A stretch of DNA of 64,000 bases from Lama guanicoe (taxonomy: Eukaryota), in assembly GCA_013239625.1 (NCBI GenBank), contig MU053881.1:12414879-12478878 (forward strand), given 5' to 3'. The translations under genes were made by a program, and so were the position numbers. Position 1 is the stretch's first letter; every line of letters begins with the position of its first letter. A model generated the notes under the pieces. It searched no databases. It saw only the letters and a list, made by a program, of their open reading frames with translations, and was not told the DNA's origin. Below are positions 1 through 12,337 of this stretch, piece after piece.

Positions 1-699
1 GCTCCTGTGGCTGGCCGAAAGAAGGATAAAATTGCCCTGGTTTTGGTCTGGTCGGAGCCCCCACCCTCAGGGCCAGTCCCGATTGAGGTGGGAATTTGAG
101 GAGCCCATCTCCCTGGGTTTGTTTTTAAGCTAAATGAAGATGCTTCTTTTGTTCCTCTGAGGGTCTTCAACTGAGAACAGGTTAACTGGATCGTTAAAGA
201 AATACTTTAACTACATATACTTTCTTCCAGGCACTGATCTAGGTGCTGGGAGGACAGCAGTTAAAGATAGTATTCCCTCACTCAGAGAGGTTACGTTCTT
301 GTGGGGAGGCATAATACAACTAAACTAGTAAGTATTTAGGCAGTTATAGAAAAGCAAAGATGAAAATTAAGGATAAGGATGTCGAGATGAGGATTTGGAT
401 GTATTGTCAGGTGATTTATTTTCTCATCTGAAATTAGAAAAATCCTGCATATTTGTGGAGTGGTTAAGCAGATGGTCAAGAGGTGAAGTAAGTAATTGTG
501 CTATCCCTTTTATTCTCATCAGTACTCTTTATATCTGATGGTACCCATTTTTTTCCTTGTTAAAAATTATAGTTAAATTCAGTGAAGTTCAAGTTAGATT
601 TCTTTCTCAGATTAGATGCTCGAGATATTTGATACCAGTGTTGTGTAACGGTGAAGGGAGATTACTTGGTAGGATACCTACCTTTGTCATTTCTCTAGT

Positions 700-880
700 T
701 CTGTAACCTTGGGCCAGAGATTGTTCAGTGTCTAAGTCTTCATTCACAAAGTGGGGTAATTTATAGTACCTTTCTCATAGGATTGTTCTGAGCATAGCAT
801 GGTATCCATGTGAGTGAAGAACTTGGAGCAGGTAGTACCTGGTATTTAATAAGGTCACACTACATGTTAGCTGTTATTAT
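700..880 (+). mobile_element. MIR SINE fragment in NUDCD2 intron 1
   Basis: tgtaaccttggg...aaagtggggtaat...tagtacct...cataggattgtt...tgttagctgttattatt resembles the MIR core and tail. Confidence 0.7.
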
Positions 881-1814
881 TTTATATGGAAGTGTTTTGA
901 GTGCCTCAGAGAAAAGGAAGATTCACGTGAAAGATACTGATTTATGTTAGCTTGCATCTTAACCTTTCTGTATAGTTGTGTAATTCGTAGTTTACTGAAC
1001 AGTGATTTTGATTTTATAGTCAAATTTACCTTAGTAATTGCAGTAGCTGTGGGAATTTAGCAATAACTAACTCTAGGATTTTTGGCACGCATTTAGGCCA
1101 GTAGGAGTTTTTTTCCACTGGTATTGACATATTTTTAAAAATATGTTTTCTCTTTTTTAATGTGATATTTTAATTTTCTAAAGCTTAAATTTAGTAAGTA
1201 GGAAAAAAATCAAAATGAATTTTAGCAGGTGCATTATCTTTTAAACTTTTCCTTTTCTTAGTTCTTTCTTAAAACGAGTTTCTGAATAATTAGTCACAAC
1301 TAATCTGATATCAGATCTACAGTATGTACTTTAAAATATTTTTTAGTGTTAAATTGCCTTGCAAAGAGATTGAGCCAGTTTTTAAAAGTTTATTTTAAAG
1401 ACATCATTTCTTCTTAATATCAGCAGGAGACCTCTTCTTGTAGTTTATTATAATTGGTAAAGTTAAAACATTTCAGATATTAATTTCACATATGGCCAAT
1501 CAGTGATCAGAAGTATTTCTTCATCTTATAAAAAAAGAGCCTGATCTTTCTGTAGAGAGCACTGTGTTCTTTGTTATAGTAAATATACCAAGTAGTATAA
1601 ATAAACTAGGTTCTGTCTCACTCGCTAGGTGGGAATTTAGGGATGAATACCTATCAATGTGTTGAAGTAGTATTAACTTTGATCTCCCCTTTCTAAACTA
1701 ATTAGGCAATTGTATGTGGATTAGATAGGAAATTAGCTAAGTCTTGAATCATGAAAGCATTATAAAAATTAATGAAATCTCTATTTTTTAGTACTTCATA
1801 TGTTTATTTTTCAG

Positions 1815-1863
1815 GGCAAACTCTTTGATTCTACAATAGCTGATGAAGGAACATGGACTTTGG
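1815..1863 (+). CDS. NUDCD2: NudC domain-containing protein 2, coding exon 2 (GKLFDSTIADEGTWTL)
   Basis: tttttcag|GGC acceptor and TGG|gtaag donor. The 49-nt exon translates to the NUDCD2 peptide as I recall it. Exon 1 lies upstream of the window. Confidence 0.95.
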
Positions 1864-2088
1864 GTAAGGGTGATCTATTATTTTTCTTAGAATCTTTTTA
1901 AAAATTAATTTTGTCTTGGAACATAGTATGTTTCCCCTCTGTTGTACTAAGTCCTTTGTCTTTGCAGCTCTGAAAGATACAGTAATAGAAACATATTGAA
2001 AGCAATTGTATATCAAGATTACCTAATGATTTTTGAAAATATAAACTAATGATGAACTCTAATTTCTTTGTGATTTTTGTTTGTTTAG

Positions 2089-2240
2089 AGGATAGAAAAA
2101 TGGTCCGTATTGTTCTCACAAAGACAAAGAGAGATGCAGCAAATTGTTGGACTTCTCTTCTAGAATCTGAATATGCAGCTGATCCTTGGGTGCAAGACCA
2201 AATGCAGAGAAAACTTACATTAGAGAGATTCCAAAAAGAA
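2089..2240 (+). CDS. NUDCD2: NUDCD2 coding exon 3 (EDRKMVRIVLTKTKRDAANCWTSLLESEYAADPWVQDQMQRKLTLERFQKE)
   Basis: tttag|AG acceptor and GAA|gtaagt donor; 152 nt. Phase is compatible with exon 2 (49+152=201). Lies inside ORF 2049..2267. Confidence 0.97.
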
Positions 2241-2934
2241 GTAAGTCAGATGAATGAATATGTGTAGTTAAACGTCTGTAAATCATAGGATAATTATTAT
2301 TTGAAACTAAAACTCAAATGTGGTTTTAAAAAAATAAAAACTCTTTAGAGGAATATTTTAAGTTAAATGATTAGAAAAGTGACTGGCCTTTCTATGTATG
2401 GATTTGATTCCCCACCCTTGGGAGGAATTTATTTGTACTGCTACGATGTCTTAAGTTTAAATCTATTTAGTGTACATCAGTAATGCATGAATAAACTCAT
2501 AAAAATTCAATCAATGCAGACTTACATTATGTAAAAAAGTGTAAGGCCCTTTAATCAATGTCTTCTATCCTATGCCTGTCTCATTCTCATCTCATCAGTA
2601 GATTGGCTGGATTGTTTTATTTTTAACATAAATGGAGGATCACACTGTGTGTAATGTTCATGTTGCTTTTTCATTTAATGTGTTGGGTCTCTTTCCCTAC
2701 TGGTACTTACAGATAAAATTCATTCCTTTTAACTGCTTCAGAGTATTTCCTAGTTTCATTGTATTGTAATTATTTATTTAGCTATTCCTCTTTGATGAGA
2801 TTTAGATTTCTTTGTGTCTATTTCAAATGAAGTTTGTGCCTTTATCTCTGAAACTATTCAAACATTCCTTTAAGATAGATATCTAGGAGAATTATTTCTG
2901 GATCAAAGCATTGGTAAAGTTTTGGTGGATAATT

Positions 2935-4175
2935 TCCATCTATATGATGGTAATTCCCAAATGTGTATCCCTAGCTTGGACTTTTCACCTGAATGTTGGA
3001 CTCACATATCCAACTGCCTATTTAACACATTCTTTTAGCTGTCTAACAGACATATCAAACTCGACATGTCCAGTGTGAATGCCCTGATTTCCTTCCCTCA
3101 ACTGTTCTACCTCCAGACTTCTCATCTCAGTTAATGGAAACTCTTTGTTCAAACCAAAAAAAAAAAATTGGAGAATCGTTCATCATTATTCTCTCTCTCT
3201 CACACCCTATCCAGTTTGTCAGGAAACCTCCCTGGCACTACCTTCCGGATATATTCAGAATTTGACTACACATCACCACGAACTCCGTGACCACTGTCAT
3301 CTGGACCACCTCTAATGTTTTGCCTAGATTACCCTAGTAATCTTCTAACTGTTCTCTTTACTTCTACCCTTGCCAAGCCTACAGTCTTTTCAGAATAACA
3401 GAGTAGTTCTTTTACAATGCATGTCAGATTACATCACTTTTCTTCTCTGAGCTCATTCACTCAAGTAGAAGACAAAGTCCTATGCAAGGCCCCAGCTGAT
3501 CTGGTCCCATGATCTCTCTGCCCTCCTCTCCTACTGCTGCTCCCCCCACCCCCCATTCTGCTCTAGCCACATTATGGCCTTTTTGCTGTTCCTTAAATCT
3601 GCCAGGCCATTCTTCCTCTGTCCTTTTGACTGCAATGCTCTTCCAAAGCTTAGCTAACTTTTCACTGTTTTCAGGTCATTTCTCAATGAAGCATGCTTTG
3701 ACCTTAATCATCCTATTTAAAAAACTCTAAGCTTCTCATTTCCCTTAGTGTGCCCTACTTTTCTTTCTCTTCTTTTTCTTCTTTTTCTCCATAGCACTCA
3801 CCAGCATTTAACACACTAGATCATGGGCTGGCAAGCTGTGGCCCCACTGCCTGTTTTTGCGGTTTTACACGGACACAGCTTTGTTTTTCGTTTGTGCGTT
3901 GTCTGTTATGTAGCAGCAAGCAGAATTAAGTAGTTACGACAGAGGCTACATGGCTTTCAGAGCCTGAAGTACTTACTGCCTTGATTTTTACAGGGAAGTG
4001 TGCTGGCCCCTGCATTACATAACTTAGGGCTTATTATTTGTCTCCTACTGTTAGAATGCAAGCTCCACCAGAATAAGGATCTTTGTTTTGTTTTGTTCGC
4101 TCTTAAATTCTACATGCTTCTCATGGTGTCTTCTGAACAGTAGGAAGTCAATAGATGTTTGTTGAATAAATGAAA
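2935..4175 (+). mobile_element. L2 LINE 3' portion, interrupted by a MER58-like element
   Basis: L2 motifs atatccaactgccta and catatcaaactcgacatgtcc, with tail ttagaatgcaagctcc...tgtttgttgaataaatgaa. Confidence 0.75.
3821..4012. mobile_element. MER58A-like hAT-Charlie MITE
   Basis: gcccactgcctgtttttg...agcagaattaagtagttacgacagag...tttacagggaagtgtgctggcccctg resembles the MER58A consensus. Confidence 0.7.
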
Positions 4176-4634
4176 TGCCTCTAAAAAGATTAAAACCTGG
4201 GGCAGTACTTACTCCAGAGGATTGTTGTGAGGATTAAATATTTTAATATATATCTACAGCTCTTAGAATCTTGACTGGCATATAATAAGCTCTCAAAAAA
4301 TGTTAGTTATTAAAATTTGTTTATACACTGATACTAAAGTATATGTTTATACTGTAATATAAACCGTATACATATATCACTGTATGTCAACACTGTAATA
4401 TACATATTGATCTTCTAAATATTTGTAAATCTGAAAATTGAAAAAAACACCACATAGTTTCAAGTTCCATTTTGGTGATTACAGTGAAGTTTGATATCTT
4501 TTCCCATGTTTATTGGCCATTTAGATTTCCTTTTTTTGTCAATTGCCAGTTTATATCTTTTTACTATTTTCCTTTTGGGTTACTTATATTTTTCCTTATA
4601 AACTTTATTTTATAATTTGTTTCATATCTTTTAG

Positions 4635-4718
4635 AATCCTGGTTTTGACTTCAGTGGAGCAGAAATCTCAGGAAACTACAGTAAAGGTGGACCAGATTTC
4701 TCAAATCTTGAGAAATAA
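4635..4718 (+). CDS. NUDCD2: NUDCD2 terminal coding exon (NPGFDFSGAEISGNYSKGGPDFSNLEK*)
   Basis: cttttag|AAT acceptor, NPGFDFSGA NudC C-terminal motif, TAA at 4716-4718. Confidence 0.96.
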   Translation, partial: NPGFDFSGAEISGNYSKGGPDFSNLEK

Positions 4719-5106
4719 TCACAATTTTCTTGCTGCATTTTGTGGATTCTAGCAGATGTTGCCAGCTTAATCAAAGGAATAGATTATGTGATGGAAGAAA
4801 ACTGTGGATGCCTACAGTTAACAAATTGCAAAATATATTTAAACATGGCTCTAATAATTGCATTCAAATATGATTTACATAGGAAACATCTTAAATAACT
4901 TGTGGGAACTCCAATTGATACACGGTAACTTTTTTTGACTTGTTTTTTGCTCAGCATGAAGTTTTATATGCTGCATTTTACTAATTTCATATTTAACCTG
5001 TATTTTTAATATGAAAAAAATTAGGGTTTAGATCATGTGAAATGACAGGGTGCCTTCAGGGAAAATTAAGTTTTCTTTCAATAAGTGTGATGCAGGAATA
5101 ATGTTC

Positions 5107-5112
5107 AATAAA
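5107..5112 (+). terminator. Candidate NUDCD2 polyadenylation signal AATAAA
   Basis: Canonical hexamer ~390 nt after the stop, with a short GT/T-rich stretch downstream. Confidence 0.55.
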
Positions 5113-5235
5113 CTTTTCTAAATAGGAATTGTGTACCCCTTTGTCTAAGTGTACCAATTCACACAAAGAACTTGTATTAATGAAAAAATTTTTCAGAAAG
5201 GAAAAAATAATCTGCAAATATATTCTGAGTAATTT

Positions 5236-5387
5236 TAGGTTTTTTGTTTGTTTTGTTTTTTTTTTGGTGGAAGCAGGTAATTAGGTATATTTATTTATTT
5301 ATTCTTGGGGGAGGTACTGGCGATACAACCAGGACCTCATGCTTGCTAAGCATGCACTCTACCACTTGAGCTATACCTCCCCCCTGG
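5236..5387 (-). mobile_element. Vic-1-type (camelid) tRNA-Ala-derived SINE
   Basis: Minus strand reads GGGGGAGGTATAGCTCAAGTGGTAGAGTGCATGCTTAGCA..., then (AAAT)n and an A tail. 15-bp TSD TATTCTGAGTAATTT at 5221-5235 and 5388-5402. Confidence 0.85.
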
Positions 5388-5679
5388 TATTCTGAGTAAT
5401 TTACTGAAAAACTTTTTTTAAAAAATGTCTGAGTTAGCATATTATTCCTTGAGGAATGACTTTATGTCAAGAAACTGAAAAATACCTAACACTTGGAATA
5501 GATGAATACAAAACAGAAGTGATGAAGTGAATGTGGTTATTGGGTGAATTCCTTGTTAGTGACAAAAAATTACAGTCAATGATTATGTCAGTGACATCAT
5601 TTTGATCTTTAGTGATTTGGGCATATAGGTAAGAATTATCTTGAAATTTTATTTCATCCTTCTTATGTCCTTTTTAATT

Positions 5680-7200
5680 TAAATGTCTTAAACAATCTGA
5701 AATGTATATAGAAAAGTTACACATAAAAGACACAGAATTGTTTTCTTCCTGAGTCCTCAGGTTTGTGTGCAAGTTGGTGACATGGTGCCCCATTATCTCT
5801 GGGTACCTTAGTGTATATTTCCTTCAAAGCACATGATTCTACATAACTACAACACAACCATTAAAATCAGGAAATTAGCACTGACACCTGACCACCGAAT
5901 CCTTGGACCTTCATTCCATTCATGTTTAATTGATTGTCCCAGTAATGTCCTTGATGGCAAAAGGATCCAGTCAGAATCATGCCTTGCATTTAGGTACCAG
6001 GTGTCTTTAGTTTACTCCAAACCAGGACACGCCCTCATTTTCACTCTGACTTTTACAACCTTGGCACTTGAAGATTATAGCCTAGTTTTGTACATCTCTC
6101 ATTTTGAGTTTCGTCTGGTTTTTCTTCATGATTAGATTCAGGTTATGAATCATCGGCAGGACTCTTATAGAAGTGATGCTGTGTTCTTACTGCATCCAAT
6201 CATGAGTTATAAGTTTCAGTTTGTCCTTTTTCTGATAGTGTTTACAGTTGGCTTGCCATATCCAGGGGTTTCAAATACTGATTCAACAGAAGGTGGAAAA
6301 TAGTTAAAAAAAAAATCCAAAAAGTTCCAAAAAGCAAAATTTGAGTTTGCTATGCACTGGCAACTATTTACATAGGTTTACAATGTGTTTACAACTGTTT
6401 ACATAGTATTTACATTGTATTAGGCGTTAGAAGTAACCTGGAGATGATTTAGTTTATTCAGGGGGATGTGCATAGATATAAGCAAATACCATGTCATGTT
6501 ACTGAGCATCTCTGGATTTTGATATTCAAGGGGGATCCTGGGAACAATACCTGTGGATACTGAGGGACAGCTATACTTCGATCACTGATTAAGTGGTGCC
6601 TGCCAGTCTTCCTCACTGTAAAGCTATTTTTTTTTAATGTTTGCAATTAAGTATTTTGTGTGATGTAGTTTCCAAGTACTGCCTTGTTTCTCACCAAACT
6701 TTCAATTTTTATGTATATATATGTATATATGTACACTCATGACTTCTTTATTCAGTGGGTTAAAATCTGTTATTCCCATTACTTCAATCCTCAACATTTT
6801 TCTAGATTTGACCAGTAGAAGACCATGCTAGGTGGCTTCTAGGCCCTTTTGACATGTCCCCATCATATTTGAGCAATTTCTTATTCTCTGGCACATGATA
6901 TACCAGACTTATGTTTTCCCTTCCCTAGCCCAAGAATCAGCCATTTTTATAAGGAGCCCTGGTTGTTTTTACTGGAGATTGGTATTTAGAAGCCAGGTTC
7001 TATGTGCTAGCGAGCAATTGCTGCATATTATGCCTACATTTACATCTGTATTTATTTTTATGTCTGTATGTATATTGAAAGCCATGAGTTAACATTTAAA
7101 CTTTCTAATCCTTTGGGGTTCATTTTTGCTCTCTTCCTTTCTATATAATTCCTTTCAGCAATAGTGAGATACCTGATTCTTACATCCTTAATATATTGGG
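5680..7200 (-). mobile_element. Old L1 (L1MC-like) 3' region, interrupted by Tigger3a
   Basis: Antisense L1 3'UTR-like motifs such as acataactacaacacaaccattaaaatcaggaaatta and aatcagccatttttataaggagccctgg. Confidence 0.6.
6245..6573. mobile_element. Tigger3a-like TcMar-Tigger MITE
   Basis: TA TSDs. Termini cagttggc...tatcc and ggatactgagggacagct; internal aaagttccaaaaagcaaaatttga and ggcaactatttacatag. Confidence 0.85.
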
Positions 7201-7704
7201 TTCCCTAATCTAGATCATCTTCCCATATGAGTGTCTTTTTCTCACTCTGCTCAGGCTCCAACACCCTGTGCCAGTCAGAGTTACCCCCCTCACCTGCTGG
7301 GATCCTAACACCCTGCTCTGGGCCACTGCAGCCCAGCCACACCCTTTGGCAAGATGCCTATGTTCACTTTACTCAGTAACTTTAGGAATGAATTGTTGGG
7401 GAAGAGGCATTTTTCTTTTAATTGGCTTCTCTTCTTGACATTAAAAATTTTTTGGATTTTGAATAAACAAAGTAAAATTAACTTTTTTTTGTTTGTAGTT
7501 TTGTGAATTTTAACTTACGTAGAGATAGGTATAAACTCCAAAATTAGTAGATTGAATAGTTCAGTCACCACAAGAACTCCTTCGTGCTCTTTCTAGTCAC
7601 ACCCTACTACTAGCCTCAAACTCTGGAAACCACTGGTTTAGTCTCTGTAGTTTTGTTTGTTTGTTTTTTTAAAGAATATCATATAAATTGAATCATATGT
7701 AATC

Positions 7705-8700
7705 TTTTTTAAAAAATAGGTTGTTGATATATAATTCACATACCGTACACTTTACTTATTTAAAATAAGTGTATGTTGGTGGTTTTTAGTATAGTCACAT
7801 AATACTTAACCACCATCATAGTCAACTTGTCATTTTCATCACCTGAAAAAACAAACAAATCCCGTACCTTTCAGCTATCACTGTCCCCATAATCCTGTCA
7901 AGCAACTGCTTATTTACTTTCCATGTATTTCTGTTCTGGCTTATTTCATACAAATGGAGTCATGTGGTCTTTTGTTTCTGGCTCACTTCGCATGTTTTAG
8001 AGGTTCATCCATGTTTTAGTATGTACTTCATTCTTTTTGTCTGGCTGAATAATCCATTGTATGACTTACACATACTTGTCCGTGTATCAGCTGATGGACA
8101 TCTTGGAGGTTTCCACCTTTAGCTACTGTGCATAATTCTGCTATAAACATTCAAGTACAAATCTTTATGTGCATGTATATTTTCGTTTCTTACCCAGCAG
8201 CGGAACTTCAGGTTTTATGAAAACTCTGTTTAATCATTTGAGGAACTGGTAGATTCTTTTCCAAAGTGGCTACACCGTTTTGCATTCCCACCAGCAGTGT
8301 GTGAGAGCTCTAATTTCTCCACATTTCTGCAAACACTTACATGACCTTCTGATTCTAGCCATTCTGGTGAATGTGAAGTGGTATCACATTGTGATTGTGA
8401 CTTCTCTGATGGCTAATTATATAAAGTATCTTTTCTTGTACTGATTGATGATTTGTGTATCTTCCTTGGAGAAATGTTTATTTAAATTCTTGGTCCATTT
8501 TTTAAAGGGTTATTTATCTTTGAGATCTAAGAGTCTTTGCTAATTATATAAAGTATCTTTTCTTGTACTGATTGATGATTTGTGTATCTTCCTTGGAGAA
8601 ATGTTTATTTAAATTCTTGGTCCATTTTTTAAAGGGTTATTTATCTTTGAGATCTAAGAGTCTTTGTGTATTCTGGACATAAGTCCCTTATCAGATAGAC
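7705..8700 (-). mobile_element. L1 (L1MA/MB-like) 3' end
   Basis: T-rich tail on the left; aggttcatccatgtt, ttccaaagtggctacacc, cattcccaccagcag, gtgaagtggtatc are antisense L1 ORF2-end/3'UTR motifs. Confidence 0.8.
8412..8666. repeat. Perfect 127-bp tandem duplication (8412-8538 = 8539-8665)
   Basis: Two identical copies of gctaattatataaagtatc...gatctaagagtcttt, compared by eye. Confidence 0.95.
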
Positions 8701-8709
8701 GGTGCTTTT

Positions 8710-9310
8710 TCTGGATCAATTGATTTGATCTTTCTTTTTTTCCTTTAGATTGTTAAAATGGTGGGTTATATTGATTTTCTAATTTTAAACCAGCTTACAT
8801 CTCCCCCCAATCCTAAACCTGGTCATGTTGTATTATTCATTTTATATATCTGAACTTGTTTGTTGATTTTTATGTGTTCATTCGGGATATTGGTCAATAG
8901 CTTTTAAAAATTAAAAAAAAAATTTGTATTTATCTAGGTTTGGTATCAGGTTAATGCTGGCCTTATAAAATGAATTGAGAAGTGATTCTTCTAATTTCTG
9001 GGAGAGATTTGTAGAATTTGTGCTAGGTCTTCTTTAAATTATTTATAGGATTTTCCAGTAAGATTCTAAACAATGAGTTGAATTTTTTAAACTAGTAAGT
9101 TTACTTAGGTTATCTAATTTTAAGTTTTCGTAGTTCATGTCTTTCAAGGAATTGATTCATCTAATTATGTGTAGAGTTGTTTGTGGTAGTAAAAAAGGTA
9201 GTGTCCATTCAGTATCTTTAGATTCTGTAGTGGTATCTCTTTCATTCCTAAAATTGGTCATTTTTTTTTTGTCAGTCTTGCTAGAGGTTTATCAATTTTA
9301 TTGCTTGAAG
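8710..9310 (-). mobile_element. Degraded L1 ORF2 fragment
   Basis: tttggtatcaggttaatgctggccttataaaatgaatt and agtcttgctagaggtttatcaattttattg are antisense L1 ORF2 motifs. Confidence 0.7.
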
Positions 9311-10144
9311 CCTTGTCCATTTCTCCTTTCAGTGCTCTCAGTTTTGTCTTCACTTCCAAGTACAGGTATGAGACCTTGGGCTAGTCCCATACCTGCTCTG
9401 TGGCTCTGGTTCTTTTGTAAATTGGGATAACCTCATTCAGTTTGGAGGATTACATACATGAGATGATTCATATACAACATCTGACACTAGCACCTGACAG
9501 TAACAACTGTCATTGCTAATCACAAATACTAGATCAGAAATGTTTGTTTTCAGATAGTGTGTCACAAAGTTCGAAATACATGGAAGGTTCAGATGCCCTT
9601 TTTTAAAAACAGTACTTTTGAAAAGAGGGATTATTAAATATATCTAACTTGAGTCAAGTGCAAAAGGAACCTTCTTTTATAAAAGTTTTTCTTTCATCAT
9701 TAATTCCTTGCAGTGTCTACTTTATAAGATGTCTTGTTTAATTAAACATGAACAGTTCAAAATCATACGTTGTTTCAATTCCAATAATAATTAACAAGTG
9801 ATCTAAGCAGACTAACACAATACTTGGCAGTTACCTGTCATTATCAACCACCTACTGGAAGGCTGTTTAATTAGGGAAGAGGGTTGCACACAACTTTTCG
9901 TGGGCTGAATCGAAGGGTGAATTTATACTAAGGATAGCCATAGTAGTGTTGAATCTAAATAAGAAAAGTAACCAACAGTGCATAAACAACAACTTTTTAA
10001 CACAAATTAAGCATATTTACTTGTCATCATCTTGTGCCTATCTTTAAAAATAGGAAGGAAAGTGTCAATTAGGTACTAGCCATACTTCTATAAGAGATTT
10101 TGTTTCTTCTACCATGCATCTGACTTGAGAGCTAAATTTAAATA

Positions 10145-11496
10145 CAGTGACGAGATAGCTCTTTATTGTGGTTCCATTATCACATTGCCAAAGTAGCTAA
10201 TTAAGTTAGAACTAAGAAGCAAACAGAAAACCACTCAGCAAAGGAATGCATTTCAGTAACTTTATTGAAAGGTATATCCCTTAGTACCAAAACATAATGG
10301 TAGTTGGTTAGGTTACCTCTGCCACCTCAAAATTAACACTGATGTATTCAAAATATTGAAATTTATCAGTCTTTTGGGAAAACTGAAAAGTTATCCATAA
10401 AACATGGTTTACAAAAGTATAAGATACATTGCAGTTCTTTGGTTTATTTTCCAGTCCGTATCTACCCATAATGTGATGTCAAAATTGGGTACAGCCATCC
10501 TGGACAGACTCAGGATACACACCGAACTGAGTAACCGTTGACAACACTTTTAACACTGTAGCTCTCCTTAGTCACTGAAATCCTGAACTACCTCAGCGAC
10601 CTTATTATTATGAAGATGCCTACTTTTCTTAAAACTCTTCTGGCACAGTAGGGTCAATTAGTGAAAGTGTATTCTCTTCCTTTTAAGCAAAATTCTAAAT
10701 TAGAAGCAATGACGATTTTATAAAAACAGTCCTTAGTAAAAACTTCTGGAGTGTTAAAGCAGAAAGTTTTCACAATGATGCTAATTTATTTTGAGTTACT
10801 ACTACAATAAAGCTGAATTTTCTTGATGGGACTAGATTGAGGCAGTAAATTTTGTATAAAACTTTTATCACAGATACAAACATAACCTGGTTGCTAGAAA
10901 AATACTAAAGATAACGTAATATGCCAAAATTACTAGGTCTGTAGTTTTGCTTTATATAAAATATTCTCCAATTTAAATGTGATTCCTATCTACCAATGAA
11001 GTCCACATCTCTGGATTATCTATTTTACTTGCATTATGGGTGCCAAGAAACCATTTTCACTGCCTAGAATAGTGACCCTTGTTATGCCTTAAAAGTGCAT
11101 TTGTGTAATACTGGTTTTCATGCAAACCTCCTCGTCTGAATTAAGCAGCCATTTTTAAGACCACCTAAATACAATATATTGACCCAACAGAGAAAGCTGG
11201 ATCAATGTTAGAAATGAAGATTCACAGTTTACCTTCCCAAGCTTGTCAGCACTTCACATTTATGCTGTTAGCTTTGATTTGTATGCTTCACAGGTGAATT
11301 CAAATTTGAGTAATTCCACTGTAGGGTAATGGTAATTAGGCAGTTTTCCCAAATCTGAGAACATCAATGCTAATCTAGTTGTGATGTTTTGAGGCTTCAC
11401 AGCTTAAATCCATTATAACATTATGGAATCCACAGCTCAGGATTGTGGAGAAGGACTTCAGAGAAGTGTTTTTTTTTTTTTGTTGCTGTAATAATC
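10145..11496 (-). other. CCNG1: CCNG1 exon 7, entirely 3'UTR (3' end approximate)
   Basis: Acceptor ttgaatag|GATTATTACAGC at 11498-11497. The sequence resembles the recalled human CCNG1 3'UTR start and has no recognisable repeats. Minus-strand AATAAA at 10162-10167 and 10261-10266. Confidence 0.8.
10162..10167 (-). terminator. Candidate distal CCNG1 poly(A) signal AATAAA
   Basis: tttatt on the + strand. Other candidates lie at 10261-10266, 10443-10448 and 10785-10790. Confidence 0.6.
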
Positions 11497-12337
11497 CTAT
11501 TCAACAAACAGAAAATCAGGTTATCAGAAGTTTGCCAAACAAAAATATTACTACCTGTTTAAAATCAACTGTTCATATCTAAGACTCTTAATCACGTCTT
11601 ACGTAGATGTGTTCAATGTTAACACTTAGTTTTGAGTTGGAACGAAGTTCAATCAACACTGAGTTAAATTTAGATGGCAAGAATGTGTATCATACATTCA
11701 GGACAAGGTTTATATTTCTTATGCATGTAACTACTTTCCAGTGTTCCAACTTCTATAGCAATGACATACAACTATCGTGTTGAGACACTCTGGCAGTTTC
11801 CAGACACCCAATGCAGAGGCAACCATCTGTCATAACTTACTTTCTAAGTACAACATCCAAGTTCATGCTGATTTTGCTAATAAGCTAACGGTCTCAAATT
11901 CATGTGTGGTTCAAACTTTTGGTCCTGTTCTCTTACTTAGGCTTGTGTAACTTTAAATGAGCCAAAGCTCGAGTCTATATACAGCAAAATGACGTGCAAT
12001 TAAAAAAATACCATTTCAGTGCTACTTTTAAAGTTCAGATTATGAAGGAGGATGCTGCTTTCTAAGCTGTTAATTTAATGAAATGGCTAACATATATATA
12101 TCTAAGGTTAGATAATTCCTTACTCTTAGGAATTCCTTACTCTTACTGCACCTTGAATACGGTAAATGCCCTCAAATATTAGCTGACTAGATCAGTGAAG
12201 TCACTTTCCCCTTTGCTATTCCAACTCCATTTGTTTATTTTGAAAATAAGTCAGATTTAAATTCTTGAATTGTAGAAGACAATTATAGCATTAGAAAGTT
12301 TTTTTCTACATGGAGAATAACTAAACAAATTTACCAA

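Noticed and set aside
5300..5385. tRNA-Ala genes (also at 30.4, 32.5 and 55.4 kb)
   Set aside because: These are SINE heads, with AT-rich tails, TSDs and divergent stems.
12114..12145. 15-bp direct repeat AATTCCTTACTCTTA in CCNG1 intron 6
   Set aside because: A simple micro-duplication with a 2-bp spacer, far from splice sites, with no sign of function.
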